Notes under the pieces: generated by a model | Told to the model about the DNA's origin: nothing | Databases searched by the model: none | Seen by the model: only the letters and a program-made list of their open reading frames with translations | In this document: positions 7,461-16,496 of the stretch, piece after piece | Layout of the letters: every line of letters begins with the position of its first letter | Numbering within the stretch: position 1 is the stretch's first letter | Made by a program: the position numbers and the translations under genes | Assembly (NCBI RefSeq): GCF_001280595.1 | Contig: NZ_LITU01000053.1 | Location: 170,919 to 188,337, forward strand | Direction of reading: 5' to 3' | DNA length: 17,419 bases | DNA from: Paenibacillus xylanivorans | Lineage (GTDB): Bacteria > Bacillota > Bacilli > Paenibacillales > Paenibacillaceae

Positions 7461-8045
7461 ATGATTAATCCGATTCTGCAATCCCCGAATGTTCAGCTGG
7501 CGGCCGATTCGACAGCGGTTTTAAATTATCAGCGTGACTCGCGCAATTATATCACCCAGTTGTTTGGGGAGCAGCTGCCTACGATCAAAAATGGATTCTT
7601 TAACGTACACATGAGTAAAGGTATCATTGTTCAGCCGCACTGGCATACAAATGTGACGGAGATGGTCGTTCTGATCAACGGTGAAATTACCACTTCTGTC
7701 TACGATCCCTTCAAGCGGGAGCGGATAAGTTATCATTTGAAGCCTGGTCAAGTTTCGATATTCCCTCAAGGGTGGTTTCACTGGTTTGTGGCGGAGACCG
7801 ATGATGTACATCTGTTGACGATTTTTGATCAACCCACACCGGACATTGTGCTTGGGGCTGATTTCCTCGCTGCAACGCCGCCTGAAGTTGCACATCGTGC
7901 ATACTGTATTGATGAGGAGGCGTATGCAAAGGCAGTGGCATCTATCAAGAATGACGCCATTTTAGGTCCAGCAATTGCATGTGTGGATTCTGTTTCGGAT
8001 CAGGCGATCAAAGCTTCCAAATCATCCAAAAACGCAAAGGGATAA
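7461..8045 (+). CDS. Cupin-domain protein (germin/oxalate-decarboxylase-like single cupin). Possibly a spore-coat-type protein.
   Basis: AAGGAGG RBS at 7444-7450. The cupin metal motif is GIIVQPHWHTNVTEMVVLINGE, with a second motif in PGQVSIFPQGWFHWF. Confidence 0.8.
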   Translation: MINPILQSPNVQLAADSTAVLNYQRDSRNYITQLFGEQLPTIKNGFFNVHMSKGIIVQPHWHTNVTEMVVLINGEITTSVYDPFKRERISYHLKPGQVSIFPQGWFHWFVAETDDVHLLTIFDQPTPDIVLGADFLAATPPEVAHRAYCIDEEAYAKAVASIKNDAILGPAIACVDSVSDQAIKASKSSKNAKG

Positions 8046-8080
8046 TATCATCACGTTCTCCTCTCAAATGACGATTTCAG

Positions 8081-8121
8081 GCCCGTGACCGGAAAGATTT
8101 CCGATTACGGGCTTATATTTT
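8081..8121 (+). terminator. Rho-independent terminator downstream of the cupin gene
   Basis: gcccgtgaccggaaa (8081-8095) pairs with tttccgattacgggc (8098-8112) as an about 12-15 bp stem with one mismatch, followed by ttatatttt. Confidence 0.6.
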
Positions 8122-8218
8122 GTTCCAATTAACACATTCCGAATTCTCTGTTAAGATAGGCATAACATTGGCTTGTTACAGTATATAGTAGCACTCAAAG
8201 AATGTGGAGGGACGATCC

Positions 8219-8893
8219 ATGACCATGACTGAGCAGGAAATGCTGGAAACTGCGATGAGTTATGCACCTGTATTGATGTTTGATCAAAATGAACCTTTTT
8301 ACCCGGATTTTGTGGGTGTTTCAATATTGGAACGCTCTGGACCCTCCCCATCATTCAGCCGGGAAATTCATTTTCCAGCCGAAGCCGTCCAATATGTAAT
8401 TGAATTCGCGATCTGGTGGGACTACGAAATTGGGCATTTGTATGAAATGGAACATGTGTGGATATATGTGGGCCATGACGCTGAAGTCGTGGACTGTGAA
8501 GCCAGCTTTCATGGAAGAGTACTTCGAGGATTGCTTAAGGATCGGGTTAATGTGGTTGGACGCCATGTGTGTCTATACTCGCAGCCAGGCAAACACGCTT
8601 TTTCACCGTTGCCTGTGGTATTTGAACTGTTGCCGGATCTGTACAGTGCAGCAGGCGCTAATGCTGGATGTGACGGTCTGCTCGTGAACGAAATGTTCAA
8701 AGGTTATTTTGAAACGAATGAAGAGATTAATGCAAGCGTGCAAGAATTTCTGCAGACGAAAGCGTTTGTTCCTGCCATGGAGTTTGAGGAATATTTGCTT
8801 GATCCGAATGTGTTCATGACATGGGACCAACTGTTTACTATGATTCCTGGCAGAATTGAGGATAGATTAAGAGAACTCGAAGTACGACAGTGA
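8219..8893 (+). CDS. Hypothetical protein (224 aa), family not recognised
   Basis: ATG 8219 preceded by GGAGGGA (8207-8213). The track's 8204 GTG start is inside the RBS. It is a long uninterrupted frame with typical codon usage. I recall no diagnostic motif. Confidence 0.7.
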   Translation: MTMTEQEMLETAMSYAPVLMFDQNEPFYPDFVGVSILERSGPSPSFSREIHFPAEAVQYVIEFAIWWDYEIGHLYEMEHVWIYVGHDAEVVDCEASFHGRVLRGLLKDRVNVVGRHVCLYSQPGKHAFSPLPVVFELLPDLYSAAGANAGCDGLLVNEMFKGYFETNEEINASVQEFLQTKAFVPAMEFEEYLLDPNVFMTWDQLFTMIPGRIEDRLRELEVRQ

Positions 8894-8954
8894 GTCGGGT
8901 TCCTGATGCAAATTAAGAGGCGGATATATTTTATTAGATAATCTAGTTCGCTTC

Positions 8955-8969
8955 ACGAGAATTTCTCGT
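8955..8969. promoter_or_regulatory. Perfect 15-bp palindrome ACGAGAA-T-TTCTCGT (candidate protein-binding site)
   Basis: Exact 7-1-7 inverted repeat, read directly. The 1-nt centre makes an RNA hairpin unlikely, so a dimeric DNA-binding-protein operator is the more likely role. Confidence 0.3.
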
Positions 8970-8992
8970 TAGTCAATTTTACATGTGGATAT

Positions 8993-9039
8993 AAAAAAAA
9001 GTGCTTCATCATCCGTTTGGAGTGATGAGGCACTTTTTT
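8993..9039. terminator. Bidirectional rho-independent terminator between the hypothetical gene (+) and the LysR gene (-)
   Basis: A8 run (8993-9000), stem gtgcttcatcatc / gatgaggcac (9001-9033, one bulge), then a T6 run (9033-9038). Confidence 0.65.
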
Positions 9040-9061
9040 GTAGACCAGTTGATCAACGAAT

Positions 9062-9949
9062 CTATTCCGTCTTGAAAATGAGATCCATAAACCGGTTGGC
9101 TGCCAGGGAAATCGGCATATTTCGCTTGGTCATGATGCCCACATGTGAAGGGGGCAAAGAAACATCCAGCTGAATTTCAAAGAGCGAGCCTTCCTCCAGC
9201 TCTTTGGAAATAAACTCACGGGTTACATACGATATGCCCAATCCTCGGCGTGCAAATTCAATTAACAAATCCACACTGCCGACCTCAATTTCAGGTTTTA
9301 GCGTATAGCCATAGGAGTTAAACAACTCCGTGATAGCCATCCGCACCCGGCTGTTCCGGGAGAAGAGAATCAGTTGATGCTCCAGCAGCATCTCCAGCGT
9401 CATGACTTTATCCTTCAGCTGAGCATACCGTTCACCCGCAACGAAGCAGTCCTTGAGCTGAATACTTTCCCGGACTTCCAGTTGCGGATCAACAATCGGC
9501 ATTCGCACAACGCCCAGATCAATTTTACCTTCTTTCAGAAACGTGATGACTTCCGGCGTTGTCCCATGACTCAGATGCAGCTTGATGTTAGGGTAGAGCA
9601 CATGAAATTCTTCCAGATATGCAAGCATGTAATGTTTAAACAGTGAATCACTGCCGCCAATCCTTAGTTCTCCGTTGTCTAAACTCTTCAGGGCGGCCAT
9701 CTTCTCCTCCGCCAGCGAGATCAGAATTTGGGATTGTTCGATATAGGAATACAGACTGACACCTTCCTGTGTTAGCGCGACTCCTTTGGAATTTCGGTAA
9801 AACAACGTGAGGCCAAAGCTTTCTTCCAGCTGTTTAATAGCATGGCTGACGCTTGGTTGAGTGATATATAGCGCTTTGGCAGCTTGGGTCAAACTTCCTG
9901 TTTTGGCAGCCCAGTAAAATACCTTATATAATTCATAATTTGTCGTCAT
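9062..9949 (-). CDS. LysR-family transcriptional regulator, divergent from zwf
   Basis: The N-terminal wHTH (ELYKVFYWAAKTGSLTQAAKALYITQPSVSHAIKQLEESFG) and a ~200 aa C-terminal substrate-binding domain are typical of LTTRs. Confidence 0.9.
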   Translation of the reverse strand: MTTNYELYKVFYWAAKTGSLTQAAKALYITQPSVSHAIKQLEESFGLTLFYRNSKGVALTQEGVSLYSYIEQSQILISLAEEKMAALKSLDNGELRIGGSDSLFKHYMLAYLEEFHVLYPNIKLHLSHGTTPEVITFLKEGKIDLGVVRMPIVDPQLEVRESIQLKDCFVAGERYAQLKDKVMTLEMLLEHQLILFSRNSRVRMAITELFNSYGYTLKPEIEVGSVDLLIEFARRGLGISYVTREFISKELEEGSLFEIQLDVSLPPSHVGIMTKRNMPISLAANRFMDLIFKTE

Positions 9950-10061
9950 AGATATCGTCTATAGCTCCTGTGAAATATATTAATTACTTGTATGGCTATG
10001 AAACGTATTATAGTGTAACTACAGCAAAGAAACCAGAGGTACTTGGAAGGAGAACAGAGAG
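9950..10061. promoter_or_regulatory. Divergent promoter/operator region between the LysR gene and zwf
   Basis: A 112-bp AT-rich intergenic gap contains -35/-10-like hexamers (ttgtat ... tatagt) and ATAGC...GCTAT inverted elements. I cannot assign exact boxes. Confidence 0.35.
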
Positions 10062-11579
10062 ATGGAACCAACGAGCATTATTTTATTTGGTGCGACTGGC
10101 GATTTAGCCAAAAGAAAAATATATCCAGCCTTATATAATTTATACATTGAGCAGAAACTTCCGGCATCCTTCTCGCTGATTGGCTTGGGACGCAGAGAAT
10201 GGTCTGATGAATTCTTTCAGGCACAAGTGGAAAAATCATTGAATGAATTTTCCAGACGCCCTGCTGATCCTGAAGTTGTGAAATCATTCGTGCAGGCTTT
10301 CCGTTACAGTGTATTGAATATAAGCCATAAGGAAGATTATATAGAGCTGTTAAATTTAGTGGAACAAAGAGAGGCAGAACTTGGAATTTCATCCAATCGT
10401 CTGTTTTACCTTTCGGTTGGTCCAGAATTCTTCGAACCCATTGCAGCGAACATTCAGGAAAGTGGACTTGGATCTACTGCGGGCTGGAAACGCCTTGTGA
10501 TCGAGAAGCCATTTGGACATGATCTGCAATCGGCTCGTGATCTGAATCACAAATTAAGCGAGGCGTTCACCGAAGAAGAAATTTATCGAATTGACCATTA
10601 TTTGGGCAAACCGATGGTACAGCGTCTTGAAACCTTGCATCAAAGCAATCCGATCATGAAGGCACTGTGGAACAACCGTTACATCTCCAATGTGCAGATC
10701 ACCGCTAATGAGACTGTTGGCGTGGAAGAACGGGCATCCTATTATGATCATGTAGGCGCCGTGCGTGACATGTTCCAGAATCATATGCTGCAATTGCTTA
10801 TGATGATGGCGATCCAGCTTCCATATAACAGCACCACGGAAAAAGTCGGTTTGAAGAAAAAACACATCATGGAATCGATCCAGCCACTGCAAAAGCAAAC
10901 CGTGGGTGCAAGCGTCATTCGCGGACAGTATGCTGAAGGAAACATCCAAGGCAAATCCGTTAACGGATATGCAGCTGAACCGGGTGTTGCCGAGAATACG
11001 ATGAATGATACTTTTATTGCTGCGAAATTGCAGATAGATGACTTCTTCTGGCGCGGAGTACCTTTCTATATCCGTACCGGCAAACGAATGAAGGAGAAAT
11101 CCACTCGTATCGTCATCGAATTCAAGGAACCATCCGGACAGGCTAACGTGGTTAACGGTTCCAAGCCGAATCTGCTTGTGATTGAGATGAGTCCTGATCA
11201 GAGCATGACACTGCAGCTGAATGCGAGCGATCCGCAACACAAAGGAGAGTTCAAGCCGGTTCATATCGATCTGTCACCAGATCGTGAGGATCTGGCGGAG
11301 GCTTATGAGAACTTGATTCATGACGCATTGCATGGTGATCCAACGTTCTTTGCCCATTGGGATGAAGTAGAACTGTCCTGGGCTTGGGTACAACCGATTC
11401 TGGATGCATTTCAGGAGAACCTGCTTCCGCTTCATTTGTACCCGGCAGGTAGCTATGGACCGACAGAGTCGGATAAGATGCTGGCTGATGAAGGCCACCA
11501 TTGGTGGTTTGATCAACCTGCGGATCAGCAGACTGAAGATGCAATTGAAGCACCCCTGGCTGTTAATGCCAACCTGTAA
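10062..11579 (+). CDS. zwf: Glucose-6-phosphate 1-dehydrogenase
   Basis: NADP-binding motif ILFGATGDLAKRKIYPALYNLY, catalytic motif RIDHYLGK, and the right length (505 aa). AGGAGA RBS. Confidence 0.95.
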   Translation: MEPTSIILFGATGDLAKRKIYPALYNLYIEQKLPASFSLIGLGRREWSDEFFQAQVEKSLNEFSRRPADPEVVKSFVQAFRYSVLNISHKEDYIELLNLVEQREAELGISSNRLFYLSVGPEFFEPIAANIQESGLGSTAGWKRLVIEKPFGHDLQSARDLNHKLSEAFTEEEIYRIDHYLGKPMVQRLETLHQSNPIMKALWNNRYISNVQITANETVGVEERASYYDHVGAVRDMFQNHMLQLLMMMAIQLPYNSTTEKVGLKKKHIMESIQPLQKQTVGASVIRGQYAEGNIQGKSVNGYAAEPGVAENTMNDTFIAAKLQIDDFFWRGVPFYIRTGKRMKEKSTRIVIEFKEPSGQANVVNGSKPNLLVIEMSPDQSMTLQLNASDPQHKGEFKPVHIDLSPDREDLAEAYENLIHDALHGDPTFFAHWDEVELSWAWVQPILDAFQENLLPLHLYPAGSYGPTESDKMLADEGHHWWFDQPADQQTEDAIEAPLAVNANL

Positions 11580-11614
11580 TAACAAAAAAACATATCCCTT
11601 GGAGGTAATTGAAT

Positions 11615-12280
11615 ATGAAATTTTTCATCGATACAGCAAACTTGGTAGACATCAAAAAAGCGTATAAAGTCGGTGTATTGTCTGGTGTAACAACGAATCC
11701 TTCTCTGGTAGCCAAAGAAGGCGTGAAATTCGAAGATCGTATTGAAGAAATTTTGCGCGAGGTACCTGAAGTTGAATCCGTATCTGCGGAAGTAACACCA
11801 GATGCGATTACGGCTGAGGAAATGATTGCTCAAGCAGACGAACTGATCAAAATCAATAATAACGACAAAAACATCACAATCAAGTTGCCAATGACACTTG
11901 CAGGACTGGAAGCTTGCCGTTACCTGACCAAAAAAGGTGTGAAAACCAACGTAACGTTGATCTTTACCGTGAACCAGGCGCTGCTTGCTGCTCGTGCCGG
12001 TGCAACATATGTATCCCCGTTCCTGGGACGTCTCGATGACATCTCCGAAGATGGCGTGCAATTGGTTGCCAAAGTCGCTGAGCTGTTCCGTACACATAAC
12101 CTGGATGCACAGATTATTGCGGCATCTGTAAGACATCCGGATCACGTTACACGTGTAGCAATGGCAGGAGCACATATTGCTACTGTTCCATTCTCCGTCA
12201 TTGAACAAATCTCCAAACACCCGCTGACAGACCAAGGTATGGAGAAGTTTGCAGCAGACTGGAAAAAAACAGTTCAATAA
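11615..12280 (+). CDS. tal: Transaldolase (short Tal/fructose-6-phosphate aldolase subfamily)
   Basis: ATG 11615 with GGAGGT 11601-11606. [10 protein letters not shown]...[13 protein letters not shown]...[31 protein letters not shown] closely matches my recollection of B. subtilis Tal (YwjH). Confidence 0.9.
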   Translation: MKFFIDTANLVDIKKAYKVGVLSGVTTNPSLVAKEGVKFEDRIEEILREVPEVESVSAEVTPDAITAEEMIAQADELIKINNNDKNITIKLPMTLAGLEACRYLTKKGVKTNVTLIFTVNQALLAARAGATYVSPFLGRLDDISEDGVQLVAKVAELFRTHNLDAQIIAASVRHPDHVTRVAMAGAHIATVPFSVIEQISKHPLTDQGMEKFAADWKKTVQ

Positions 12281-12340
12281 ATTAAGAATTGTTGATCTCG
12301 GATTTTACCTACTATATATAAAGAGTATTGGGAGGACATA

Positions 12341-13759
12341 ATGAGTAAACAACAGATCGGTGTCATTGGACTTGCAGTAATGGGTAAGAACCTTGCCCTC
12401 AATATTGAAAGCAAAGGATTCTCGGTAGCGGTATTTAACCGTTCCCCGGAGAAAACGAACGATCTTCTCAAAGAAGCCGAAGGCAAAAACCTGACAGGTG
12501 CATTCACGATTGAAGAGTTCGTGACTTCCCTGGAATCCCCGCGCAAAATCCTGATCATGGTTCAAGCGGGTAAAGCAACGGACGCTACCATTGAACAACT
12601 GCTGCCACACTTGGACGAGGGCGACATCATCATTGATGGAGGGAACGCATACTTCCCTGACACCCAACGCCGCAGCAAAGATCTGGAAGCCAAAGGTTTC
12701 CGCTTCATTGGTGCGGGTGTATCCGGTGGGGAAGAAGGCGCATTAAAAGGACCAGCAATCATGCCAGGCGGACAAGAGAGTGCGTATGCGCTCGTTGAAC
12801 CAATTCTCACAGCCATTTCCGCTAAAGTAGGCGACGATGCTTGCAGCACATATATCGGACCAGATGGTGCTGGACACTATGTGAAAATGGTGCACAATGG
12901 TATCGAGTACGGAGATATGCAGTTGATCGGTGAAGCATATCACTTGCTCAAATCCGTGCTGAATGTGTCCGTTGAAGAATTGCATGCAATCTTCTCCGAA
13001 TGGAACCAAGGCGAGCTGGATAGCTACCTGATTGAAATCACGGCAGACATCTTCTCCAAATACGATCCGGAAACGGGTAAACCAATGGTTGATGTCATTC
13101 TGGATGCAGCCGGACAAAAAGGAACAGGCAAATGGACAAGTCAAAGCGCGCTGGATCTCGGCGTACCTTTGTCCATGATTACGGAATCCGTATTCTCCCG
13201 CTTCCTGTCTGCAATGAAAGACGAGCGTGTAGCGGCTAGCAAAATCCTGAACGGACCTACAACTGAAGCATTCTCCGGTGACAAAAAAGCGTTCATCGAG
13301 AATGTGCGCAAAGCGCTGTTTGCAAGTAAAATAGTATCCTACGCGCAAGGCTTTGCCCAAATGCGTGCAGCTTCCGACGAGTACGGCTGGGATCTGAAAT
13401 ACGGCAACATCGCGATGATCTTCCGTGGTGGTTGTATCATCCGTTCGCAGTTCCTGCAAAACATCAAGGAAGCATATGACAAAGATGCAGAACTGAAAAA
13501 CCTGCTTCTGGATCCATACTTCCAAAACATTGTTGAATCCTACCAAGGCGCATGGCGTGAAGTCGTTGCTGCTGCGGTAACTCAAGGAATTCCGGTTCCT
13601 GGGTTCTCCAGCGCGTTGTCCTACTATGACAGCTACCGCACAGAGCGTTTGCCTGCCAACCTGTTGCAAGCACAACGTGACTACTTTGGCGCTCACACCT
13701 TCAAACGTGTGGACAAAGAAGGTTCGTTCCACTTTCAGTGGATGGATACCAACGAATAA
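12341..13759 (+). CDS. gndA: 6-phosphogluconate dehydrogenase (NADP+, decarboxylating)
   Basis: Rossmann motif [16 protein letters not shown]. The Gnd catalytic region and length (472 aa) are conserved. GGAGGA RBS. Confidence 0.95.
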   Translation: MSKQQIGVIGLAVMGKNLALNIESKGFSVAVFNRSPEKTNDLLKEAEGKNLTGAFTIEEFVTSLESPRKILIMVQAGKATDATIEQLLPHLDEGDIIIDGGNAYFPDTQRRSKDLEAKGFRFIGAGVSGGEEGALKGPAIMPGGQESAYALVEPILTAISAKVGDDACSTYIGPDGAGHYVKMVHNGIEYGDMQLIGEAYHLLKSVLNVSVEELHAIFSEWNQGELDSYLIEITADIFSKYDPETGKPMVDVILDAAGQKGTGKWTSQSALDLGVPLSMITESVFSRFLSAMKDERVAASKILNGPTTEAFSGDKKAFIENVRKALFASKIVSYAQGFAQMRAASDEYGWDLKYGNIAMIFRGGCIIRSQFLQNIKEAYDKDAELKNLLLDPYFQNIVESYQGAWREVVAAAVTQGIPVPGFSSALSYYDSYRTERLPANLLQAQRDYFGAHTFKRVDKEGSFHFQWMDTNE

Positions 13760-13774
13760 TTCGTAATGAATGAA

Positions 13775-13836
13775 TAGCTATCCCTGTGTCCGTTCATGAG
13801 TTCAACTCATGTTTGGATACAGGGATAGCTTTTTGT
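13775..13836 (+). terminator. Rho-independent terminator of the zwf-tal-gnd operon (nested hairpins)
   Basis: Outer stem atagctatccctgt (13775-13788) / acagggatagct (13819-13830) followed by ttttt. The loop holds an inner hairpin catgag-ttcaa-ctcatg (13795-13811). Confidence 0.7.
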
Positions 13837-14041
13837 GCCTCATGCGATTAAGCTGTCTCTGTAATGCCGGTTATGAATGCTTGGAATTTAAGTATCACCA
13901 AATTGTAATAAAATGTACGTATTCTATGATCCGAAACAGATGTTTTGACCCATTTAACTACGTTATACTTGTTCAAATGGATAAGAAGCTTTCTAAATTA
14001 AATTCAGCAATCAACTTATTGATGTGGAGGTTAACCGGGGC

Positions 14042-15145
14042 ATGTTCGTACTTGCAGGCATTTTGTTTTTGATCGTATATGGTTTATTAGTGTTTTACAT
14101 AGGGCGGAGCGGCTGGAGCTGGATGAAACCTGTCGTCTCTGCGAGATTCCGTTGGTTTTATATCGTTGCGCTTGTATTCCTTGCAGTATCATTCATACTG
14201 GCACGGTTGTTTGGAAGTTTCTCCTTCCTGAGCATAATCGGCTCATACTGGCTCGCTATCTTCTCGTTACTGTTAATGATTTTGCCGGTTGTTCATTTGA
14301 CGCTATGGATACTTAGACTGACAAGAATTCCAAGACATCATGCCCACAAGTGGGCGGGTGTGGTTACGCTTGTATTGTTGTTGTCGACGTTGGGTTATGG
14401 CATCTTTAATGCATATAGTCCGGTTGTAAGGGAATATAACATCCAAATTGATAAAAAGGTAGAAGGCATGGACAAACTCAAGATCGTTATGGCTGCTGAT
14501 ATGCATTTTGGACTTTTGTCTGGTCCTGCACACGCCAAACGTATGGTTGAGGAAATTAACGCGTTGAAGCCGGATCTGGTGTTATATCCTGGTGATATTA
14601 TCGATGACAACTTGGATATGTACCTCAAGAGTGGGATTGCGGATATTATCAGTGGCATTCAGGCCCCTTACGGAGTGTACGCCTCACTGGGTAATCATGA
14701 TAAGTATAATGGACCGATTGAGGATCTGATTGCGGCTCTGGAGAAGAGTAATATGCAGGTCCTGTATGATGACAAAATTACAATAGACAATAAGATTACG
14801 CTGATTGGGCGTAAAGACCGGACCGAGAAGGATCGGGCAGAAGTAGCAACATTGATGCAGGATTCCGACCTGAGCAAGCCTGTGATCATGATGGATCACC
14901 AGCCTTATGATTTGGATATTGCGGAGCAGAACCATGTGGATTTAGTTGTGTCTGGTCACACCCATCGTGGTCAGATCGCACCTGCTCAGTTTATTACACA
15001 GGCTATCTACGAGAATGATTGGGGTTATCTGCAAAAAGGGTCCATGCACTCCATCGTGACCTCAGGGTATGGCTTCTGGGGACCTCCGATTCGCACGAGC
15101 AGTCGATCCGAAATTGTACTGATTAATGTAACGTTTCAACAATAA
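14042..15145 (+). CDS. Membrane-anchored metallophosphoesterase (calcineurin-like phosphoesterase with ~5 N-terminal TM helices)
   Basis: ATG 14042 after GGAGG 14026-14030. Hydrophobic N-terminal 130 aa. MPE motifs: AADMHFG (D-x-H), YPGDIIDD (GD-x2-D), GNHDKY (GNH[DE]) and VSGHTHRGQ (GH-x-H). Confidence 0.85.
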   Translation: MFVLAGILFLIVYGLLVFYIGRSGWSWMKPVVSARFRWFYIVALVFLAVSFILARLFGSFSFLSIIGSYWLAIFSLLLMILPVVHLTLWILRLTRIPRHHAHKWAGVVTLVLLLSTLGYGIFNAYSPVVREYNIQIDKKVEGMDKLKIVMAADMHFGLLSGPAHAKRMVEEINALKPDLVLYPGDIIDDNLDMYLKSGIADIISGIQAPYGVYASLGNHDKYNGPIEDLIAALEKSNMQVLYDDKITIDNKITLIGRKDRTEKDRAEVATLMQDSDLSKPVIMMDHQPYDLDIAEQNHVDLVVSGHTHRGQIAPAQFITQAIYENDWGYLQKGSMHSIVTSGYGFWGPPIRTSSRSEIVLINVTFQQ

Positions 15146-15166
15146 TTAGCGATAATTAATAAAAGC

Positions 15167-15195
15167 GATCCCTTCGAAAGAAGGGATCATATTTG
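15167..15195 (+). terminator. Candidate terminator after the phosphoesterase gene
   Basis: gatcccttc (15167-15175), loop gaaa, gaagggatc (15180-15188). The following T tract is weak (atattt). Confidence 0.45.
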
Positions 15196-15368
15196 TGCTC
15201 CAGGGAGATTATATACCCTTGCACAGGGGGGCATTTTTTAGAAAACATCTCCAGTTTGTTTCTGTATCAACATGTAAATATTAAGACTGCATACCCTGCA
15301 ACGTGGAACTGTAGGGAAATATTTCTTGAAAGCAAGACGAAGTAAAATGGCAGTGGTAGCATTTTTGG

Positions 15369-15397
15369 TTGACACCGTTTTCAGGTTGTGATAGATT
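15369..15397 (+). promoter_or_regulatory. Sigma-A-type promoter for the antiterminator/PTS locus
   Basis: TTGACA (15369-15374), 17-bp spacer, TG-extended -10 tgaTAGATT (15392-15397). Confidence 0.5.
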
Positions 15398-15403
15398 AAA
15401 CCC

Positions 15404-15434
15404 GAGGCTTGTTACCGGTAATGCGGGCAAAACC
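15404..15434 (+). promoter_or_regulatory. RAT (ribonucleic antiterminator) element #1, upstream of the antiterminator gene itself
   Basis: GAGGCTTGTTACCGGTAATGCGGGCAAAACC resembles the Bacillus RAT consensus GGATTGTTACTG...CAGGCAAAACC. Its 3' part overlaps the terminator 5' arm. Confidence 0.65.
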
Positions 15435-15481
15435 ACTATGGAAATGATTTATTATTTCTATTTTGGTTTTGCCCTTTTTTA
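15425..15481 (+). terminator. Conditional terminator paired with RAT #1
   Basis: gggcaaaacca (15425-15435) pairs with tggttttgccc (15464-15474), followed by tttttt (15475-15480). The loop is long. Confidence 0.6.
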
Positions 15482-15509
15482 ATCCTCAAAAAAAACAGGT
15501 GGGTCCATA

Positions 15510-16352
15510 ATGATTATTAAACAGATATTTAATAACAATATTGTCAGTACGGTGGATGACAAAAATCAGGAACTGCTGATCCTCGGCCGGGGTATCGGAT
15601 TTAAGTTCAAGGCTGGCGATGAGATCGATGAAGAGCGGATTGAGAAAGTATTCCGGCTTCAGGATGCATCGATCTATGAGAAGTTCAAGTCCATTGTTAC
15701 GGAAGTACCGATTGAAATTCTGCAGGCGACAGATGATATTGTGACGCTGGCACGTACGCAATTGAACAAAACCATCAGTGACGGAATTTATGTCTCACTG
15801 TCGGATCACATTCATTTTGCCGTCCAGCGTCTGGAAAAGGGAATGATAACGCGCAACCCGCTCTCCTGGGAAGTACAGCATTTCTACAAGGCCGAGTTCG
15901 ACGTGGCCCGAGAAGCGCTCACCTTGCTGAAGGAAAGACTGGATGTGGAGTTTCCGAAGGATGAGATATGCAACATAGCGCTGCATTTTATCAATGCGGA
16001 AGTTAATGATTCCATGAACGATGTCACTCATTTGATGCAACTGCTCCAGGAGATCATGAACATTATCAAATATCACTTCAATGTCGAATTGGATGAAGAT
16101 AGCGTGAACTATTTCCGTTTCATTACTCATTTGAAGTATTTCTGCCAACGGGTAATTACTCACTCGTCACATGACGATGCGGAGGAGTATTTATACGAGG
16201 TTGTACGGAAAAACTATCCCGAAACCTTCAAATGTATCGGCAAGATTGAGACTTTTATCCATAAGAACTATCAGTATGATATGACTCATTCGGAACAGTT
16301 GTATCTGACCCTCCATCTGGAGCGGTTAATGAAACCGAAGCGTGAGCAATGA
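15510..16352 (+). CDS. BglG/LicT/SacY-family transcription antiterminator (CAT RNA-binding domain + PRD1/PRD2)
   Basis: The N-terminus MIIKQIFNNNIVSTVDDKNQELLILGRGIGFKFKAGDEIDEERIEKVF is the canonical CAT domain. PRD histidines are present downstream. 280 aa. Confidence 0.9.
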   Translation: MIIKQIFNNNIVSTVDDKNQELLILGRGIGFKFKAGDEIDEERIEKVFRLQDASIYEKFKSIVTEVPIEILQATDDIVTLARTQLNKTISDGIYVSLSDHIHFAVQRLEKGMITRNPLSWEVQHFYKAEFDVAREALTLLKERLDVEFPKDEICNIALHFINAEVNDSMNDVTHLMQLLQEIMNIIKYHFNVELDEDSVNYFRFITHLKYFCQRVITHSSHDDAEEYLYEVVRKNYPETFKCIGKIETFIHKNYQYDMTHSEQLYLTLHLERLMKPKREQ

Positions 16353-16392
16353 AATATCAGAACATGAACCAGAATCTAACTAAATATCAATT

Positions 16393-16426
16393 GGGCTTGT
16401 TACTGTTCAATCAGGCAATACCCGAA
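16393..16426 (+). promoter_or_regulatory. RAT element #2, upstream of the PTS EIIBC gene
   Basis: GGGCTTGTTACTGTTCAATCAGGCAATACCCGAA matches the RAT consensus and overlaps the terminator 5' arm. Confidence 0.7.
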
Positions 16427-16473
16427 TGAATGACACGTAGAAGACGTGGCTATTTGTTCGGGTATTTTTTATT
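16417..16473 (+). terminator. Conditional terminator paired with RAT #2
   Basis: aatacccgaa (16417-16426) pairs with ttcgggtatt (16457-16466), followed by ttttttatt. There is an inner hairpin cacgt-agaag-acgtg. Confidence 0.7.
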
Positions 16474-16496
16474 GGAAAAATGAGGAGGAAACGATC

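Noticed and set aside
10554-11264. 236-aa minus-strand ORF, and other long antisense ORFs such as 11525..12277-, 12743..13732-, 11251..11553- and 9374..9646+
   Set aside because: They lie entirely antisense to strongly recognisable conserved genes (zwf, tal, gnd, the LysR gene). They have no RBS and implausible composition, so they are shadow ORFs.
15300-15345. Possible catabolite-responsive element (cre) near TGAAAGCAAGACGA upstream of the antiterminator gene
   Set aside because: It deviates from the TGWAANCGNTNWCA consensus at the central CG, so it is not convincing.
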